Below are positions 59,786-64,000 of a DNA stretch of 64,000 nucleotides, in pieces (positions within the stretch are counted from its first letter, which is position 1; each line of letters begins with the position of its first letter). The DNA comes from Octopus vulgaris. Taxonomy: Eukaryota. The translations under genes and the position numbers were made by a program. The stretch is taken from positions 39,556,001 through 39,620,000 of the forward strand of contig OX597840.1 in NCBI GenBank assembly GCA_951406725.2, written 5' to 3'. Below the pieces are notes generated by a model, which saw only the letters and a list, made by a program, of their open reading frames with translations, had not been told where the DNA came from and did no database searches.

Positions 59786-60221
59786 TCTTTCCCTCTCTTT
59801 CATTCTCTCACTTATTCTTTGATAGCGTCTTCTCTTGGGAATGCATTCCTTAGATCTCTAATGAAGTCACATGTATTCGGAACATCTGAGCACACTCTAT
59901 TTCGAAGAGCGTCTACAGGTTTGAAATTTCGTCATTCTCTGAAGAGCTATTTAATTCGAAGCAGACTTAGTTATTTTGCTAAAAACCAATAAATCTGTTT
60001 AATATAATTATTTTCTCAGCATTTATCCATATAATTCGTGTAAGAAGCAGCTTTGGATTTTGGTCGCCTTGATCATTCAATGAAGAATTTGCGAAGCACA
60101 CCGACACACGCACACACATACACACACAGAGACATATACAAACAAACACACACAATAATCTCATACATATATATATATATATACATACTGTATATCCTTG
60201 TTGCTTATCTTGATTTTATAT

Positions 60222-60255
<34 letters not shown>

Positions 60256-60464
60256 ATATGTGTGTGCGTGTATGTATGTATAAAATTATATACAGTCACT
60301 TTGTGTATATGCGCGTATATTACACACATATACACGCACACACAGACACACGCACACTCACACCCACACATGTATATATATTCACATAATATACATACAC
60401 ATACTAGATATAAACGCACCTATTCACGCGCATATTTAATATAAGTGTGTATATATATACCTGT

Positions 60465-60505
<41 letters not shown>

Positions 60506-60556
60506 CATATATATACATATATATATATATATATACATATATATACATATATATAT

Positions 60557-60589
<33 letters not shown>

Positions 60590-61849
60590 CATATATATGT
60601 ATATGTTATACATATATATACATATATATATACATGCATATATATACATACACACACACACATATATATATATGATATATAGGTGTATACGTAAAATGTA
60701 TATGTGTGTGTGTAAGTGTGTGTGTGTGGGTGTTTAAGTAGAATGTTGTAGAAACAAATATTTCTAAGAAGGAGAAGATTTCGAATTTTATAGAAGAGTA
60801 ATACCTCGTGAGTTTGGAAAAATTTCCTACGTTCCACAGCTCTGATTGTATCATCAGAACGGAAGAACCTCTCAAAGCGATTCTGTTTTTAAAGATCGAA
60901 GTTTATTTAAATTAGTTTAGTGTGTGTGTGTGTACGTGTTCGTGCATACGTGCCTGTATGTGTTTATATTTAAGTGTGTATGTGTGTGTATGTGTGTAGA
61001 TGTGCGTGTGTTCAACGTGGTGAGCGAAAATACTGTTGTTTGGGTTATTTGGTGGACGTGTGAGGCAGTTTCGATTTGGAATGTTATTGCACTGTGTAAA
61101 AGAAGTGTGTCGGGTTTCCTGATTCGGAATAAATGTAATTCGCTTATTAGCAATAAAGTAAAGATCGTTCGATTTGATTTATTATTCAGTGAAGTTGTAT
61201 CTTTTCACTTTCACCGGCAGATTTGAAAAATAAATTTCTTTGTAACTAAACACTTTTAAACTTCGTATACTGGTAGAATGAGTCACATAAAACATCTTTT
61301 TCTCTTGGAGTTCTTGAGAAAATTCTATAGTTTGTAAGCTATTTCTTGTTTAATTTCTCGTATTTCGGCAATTTCAACCAATCAATAATGAGTGTTGTGG
61401 TATGACAATGGTGAGTCATGGATATTTGTTTTTGATAATGACATACATCGTCAGATCAAAATGAGGATATACACGCACAAACACACACACACACATATAT
61501 AAAAGCAGTCTTTATATCCAACTTAACACCGATGTCTTGTTAGAACACCAGATACTGCTTTATATATGAAGCTCTCGTATAGGCGCTTGCAGCACACACA
61601 AAAATCGTTGTAGACGAGAATGATCTGTTAATCGGCGCCGGAATTCATGGATTCCATAATCTCAGTTTACGGGTTATCATCAGTGGGAGGTGTCCGCTCG
61701 CCGCATCTTAGAAAAAATCTCGCTTCTACAATACATAGAAAATCAGCATCTCTTTCAGGCACCGGTGTCTCAGTTAGTTAGCGTGTTGTTGTCATCAAAC
61801 GATATCCAACGATCATTGGCTCTTTCGACCCACCTGGAACGATAACAAG

Positions 61850-62475
61850 GCGGCTCAGCAGAAGTGGCCCAGTCGCCCTTCATCATCTCCTGACGAGGTC
61901 GAACTTACATTTCGTCATGTTGGGGTCGATAAAAAAAATGTACCAGTCAAGGGCTCGCATCGATGAAATCAACATAGCCCCTCCCCCGAAATTGCGGCCC
62001 TTGTGACAAATTTCGAAACTATAATATGTATAAGTAGGAAAGCTAAATATACAAAATACCTATTTCTTTACTACCCACAAGGGGCTAAACACAGAGGGGA
62101 CAAACAAGGACAGACAAAGGGATTAAGTCGATTACATCGACCCCAGTGCATAATTAGTACTTAGTTTACCGACCCCGAAAGGATGAAGGGCAAAGTCGAT
62201 CTCGGCGGAATTTGAACTCAGAACGTAACGCCAGATGAAATACCTATTTCTTTACTACACACAAGGGGCTAAAAAAAAGAGGGGACAAAAAAGGACAGAC
62301 AAACGGACTAAGTCGATTACATCGACCTCAGTGCGCAACTGGTACTTAATTTATCGCCCCCGAAATGATGAAAGGCAAAGTCGACCTCGGCGGAAATTGA
62401 ACTCAGAAACGTAACGGCAGATGAAATACCGCTAAGCATTTCGCTCGGCGTGCTAACGTTTCTGCCAGCTCGCCG
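61850..62475. mobile_element. Old plus-strand SINE-A (61850-62020) facing a young minus-strand dimer with head (62061-62475)
   Basis: Young starts 62061 and 62245 (184 bp apart). Confidence 0.85.
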
Positions 62476-62595
62476 GATGAAAATGTTTAAAGATGAAAAC
62501 CTACCCTTAAACACTTCCAAGTAACGCCATGCAAATTTCACAAATTTCTGTCTCTCTCGTTCTATGTTATCTCTGTGTCTCCCCACAATATCACT

Positions 62596-62655
<60 letters not shown>

Positions 62656-63078
62656 CTTTCTCTCTTTATTTCTTTTTCTCTTGTCTCCTTAGTATTTTTT
62701 CTGGCTCAACATTTTTCACAAATGCATCCATTTACCGAAGAAGAAATTTTATATAAGATTGCTAAAAATGTACAGCTTCGTGTTTATACTTCAGTTTTTA
62801 TAAGTGGAAGAATTCCTTGGTAATAGAAAGATACAGGGAAGAATCTTGATTCTTCAATCAAGAAGAACAAATTTCAAAGAGAACACTTGTTCTCTTGTCT
62901 GGCTAATAGCTAAACAAATATTTATATTAAGTAGTTTGTTAGTTTTAGCAAAGTGAAACCTTTTTGCGCACCCGAAAGACCTACAATTAAAACAAATGTT
63001 TTCAGAACGAATTATATATATATATATATATACAGGAAAATCGATAGCTAGCTACACCTAGCCAGATAAATACATAGG

Positions 63079-63142
<64 letters not shown>

Positions 63143-63324
63143 CAGACAGGCAGGCAGATAGATAGATCGTATTGTGTCATCAGACTTTAAATTATAGCAA
63201 ATTTTTAAGTGTCTTATTATTGAGATCCATGGATACCTGCTTTATCTAAAACAAATACATCCTATTTAACGTATCTGTGTGTACGTATATGCATGGATGT
63301 ATATATAAGTGTGTGCTTATATAC

Positions 63325-63420
<96 letters not shown>

Positions 63421-63586
63421 TATATGTAAAAGAAAGGTAGAAATGTTTTCATACCGGTGGCTAGCATACGTAATGAAGTCAATAGACTACATATTTTCAG
63501 ATATAAACGTGAACAAAGCATTAAGTAGGTAACCTTTGACAGGACACAACCTTACATGCTAGAAAGTGCAGTCAAATGCAGTTGTT

Positions 63587-63681
63587 AGAAATAAGAGCTA
63601 AAATGGTTCTAATGCTGTAGTGAAAGCGTGTAATTATATGAGTCTTGACTGCAGCATTAAAGCATTTTAGCTCTTATTTCT
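63587..63681. other. ~95-nt imperfect hairpin
   Basis: agaaataagagctaaaatggttctaatgctgtagt pairs with actgcagcattaaagcattttagctcttatttct. Confidence 0.7.
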
Positions 63682-63770
63682 TTCTAACTACCTAGCCACA
63701 TTTAGTGACGATTATACTTTTCCTTTTGTGCGTGTGTGTGTATTTGTAATATATATATATATATATATAT

Positions 63771-64000
63771 ACTCTTTACTCTTTTACATGTTTCAGTCAC
63801 TTGACTACGGCCATGCTGGAGCACCGCCTTTAGTCGAGCAAATCGACCCCGGGACTTATTCTTTGTAAGCCCAGTACTTATTCTATCGGTCACTTTTGCC
63901 GAACCGCTAAGTGACGGGGACGTAAACACACCAGCATCGGTTGTCAAGCAATGCTAGGGAGACAAACACAGACACACAAACAAACACACACGCATATATA
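63771..64000 (-). mobile_element. Young SINE-C 3' half, runs off the window
   Basis: actcttttacatgtttcagtcacttgactacggccatgctggagcaccgcctttagtcgagc. Confidence 0.9.

Overview
Eukaryotic, AT-rich, repeat-dominated DNA with no intact protein-coding gene; nearly all supplied ORFs are microsatellite or SINE read-through artefacts. The mix of dense (TA)n/(CA)n/(TACA)n/(GATA)n/trinucleotide tracts and several tRNA-derived SINE families resembles a coleoid cephalopod, probably Octopus (inference from pattern recognition, not a search). Content: (1) SINE-A, a tRNA-head SINE with a Meta/MESC-like core, present as a young 184-bp unit in head-to-tail arrays with one precise junction, often nested in older copies of itself; (2) SINE-C, a CORE-type SINE with an internal microsatellite; (3) SINE-D/E, related families that swap modules; (4) decayed LINE fragments (RTE, CR1/L2-like, and an R4/Dong-like REL element in (TAA)n); (5) short (TA)n-flanked Penelope-like fragments carrying minimal hammerhead motifs, long inverted repeats and a terminal direct repeat; (6) a few low-confidence candidate exons and hairpins. 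The strongest signal is the multimeric SINE-A: exact 184-bp period, array-private variants, a trimer inside one perfect 14-bp TSD, and ends that run past the junction, suggesting a circular or multimeric RNA template. SINE-A/C/D/E are my working labels. Ends of decayed elements are approximate.
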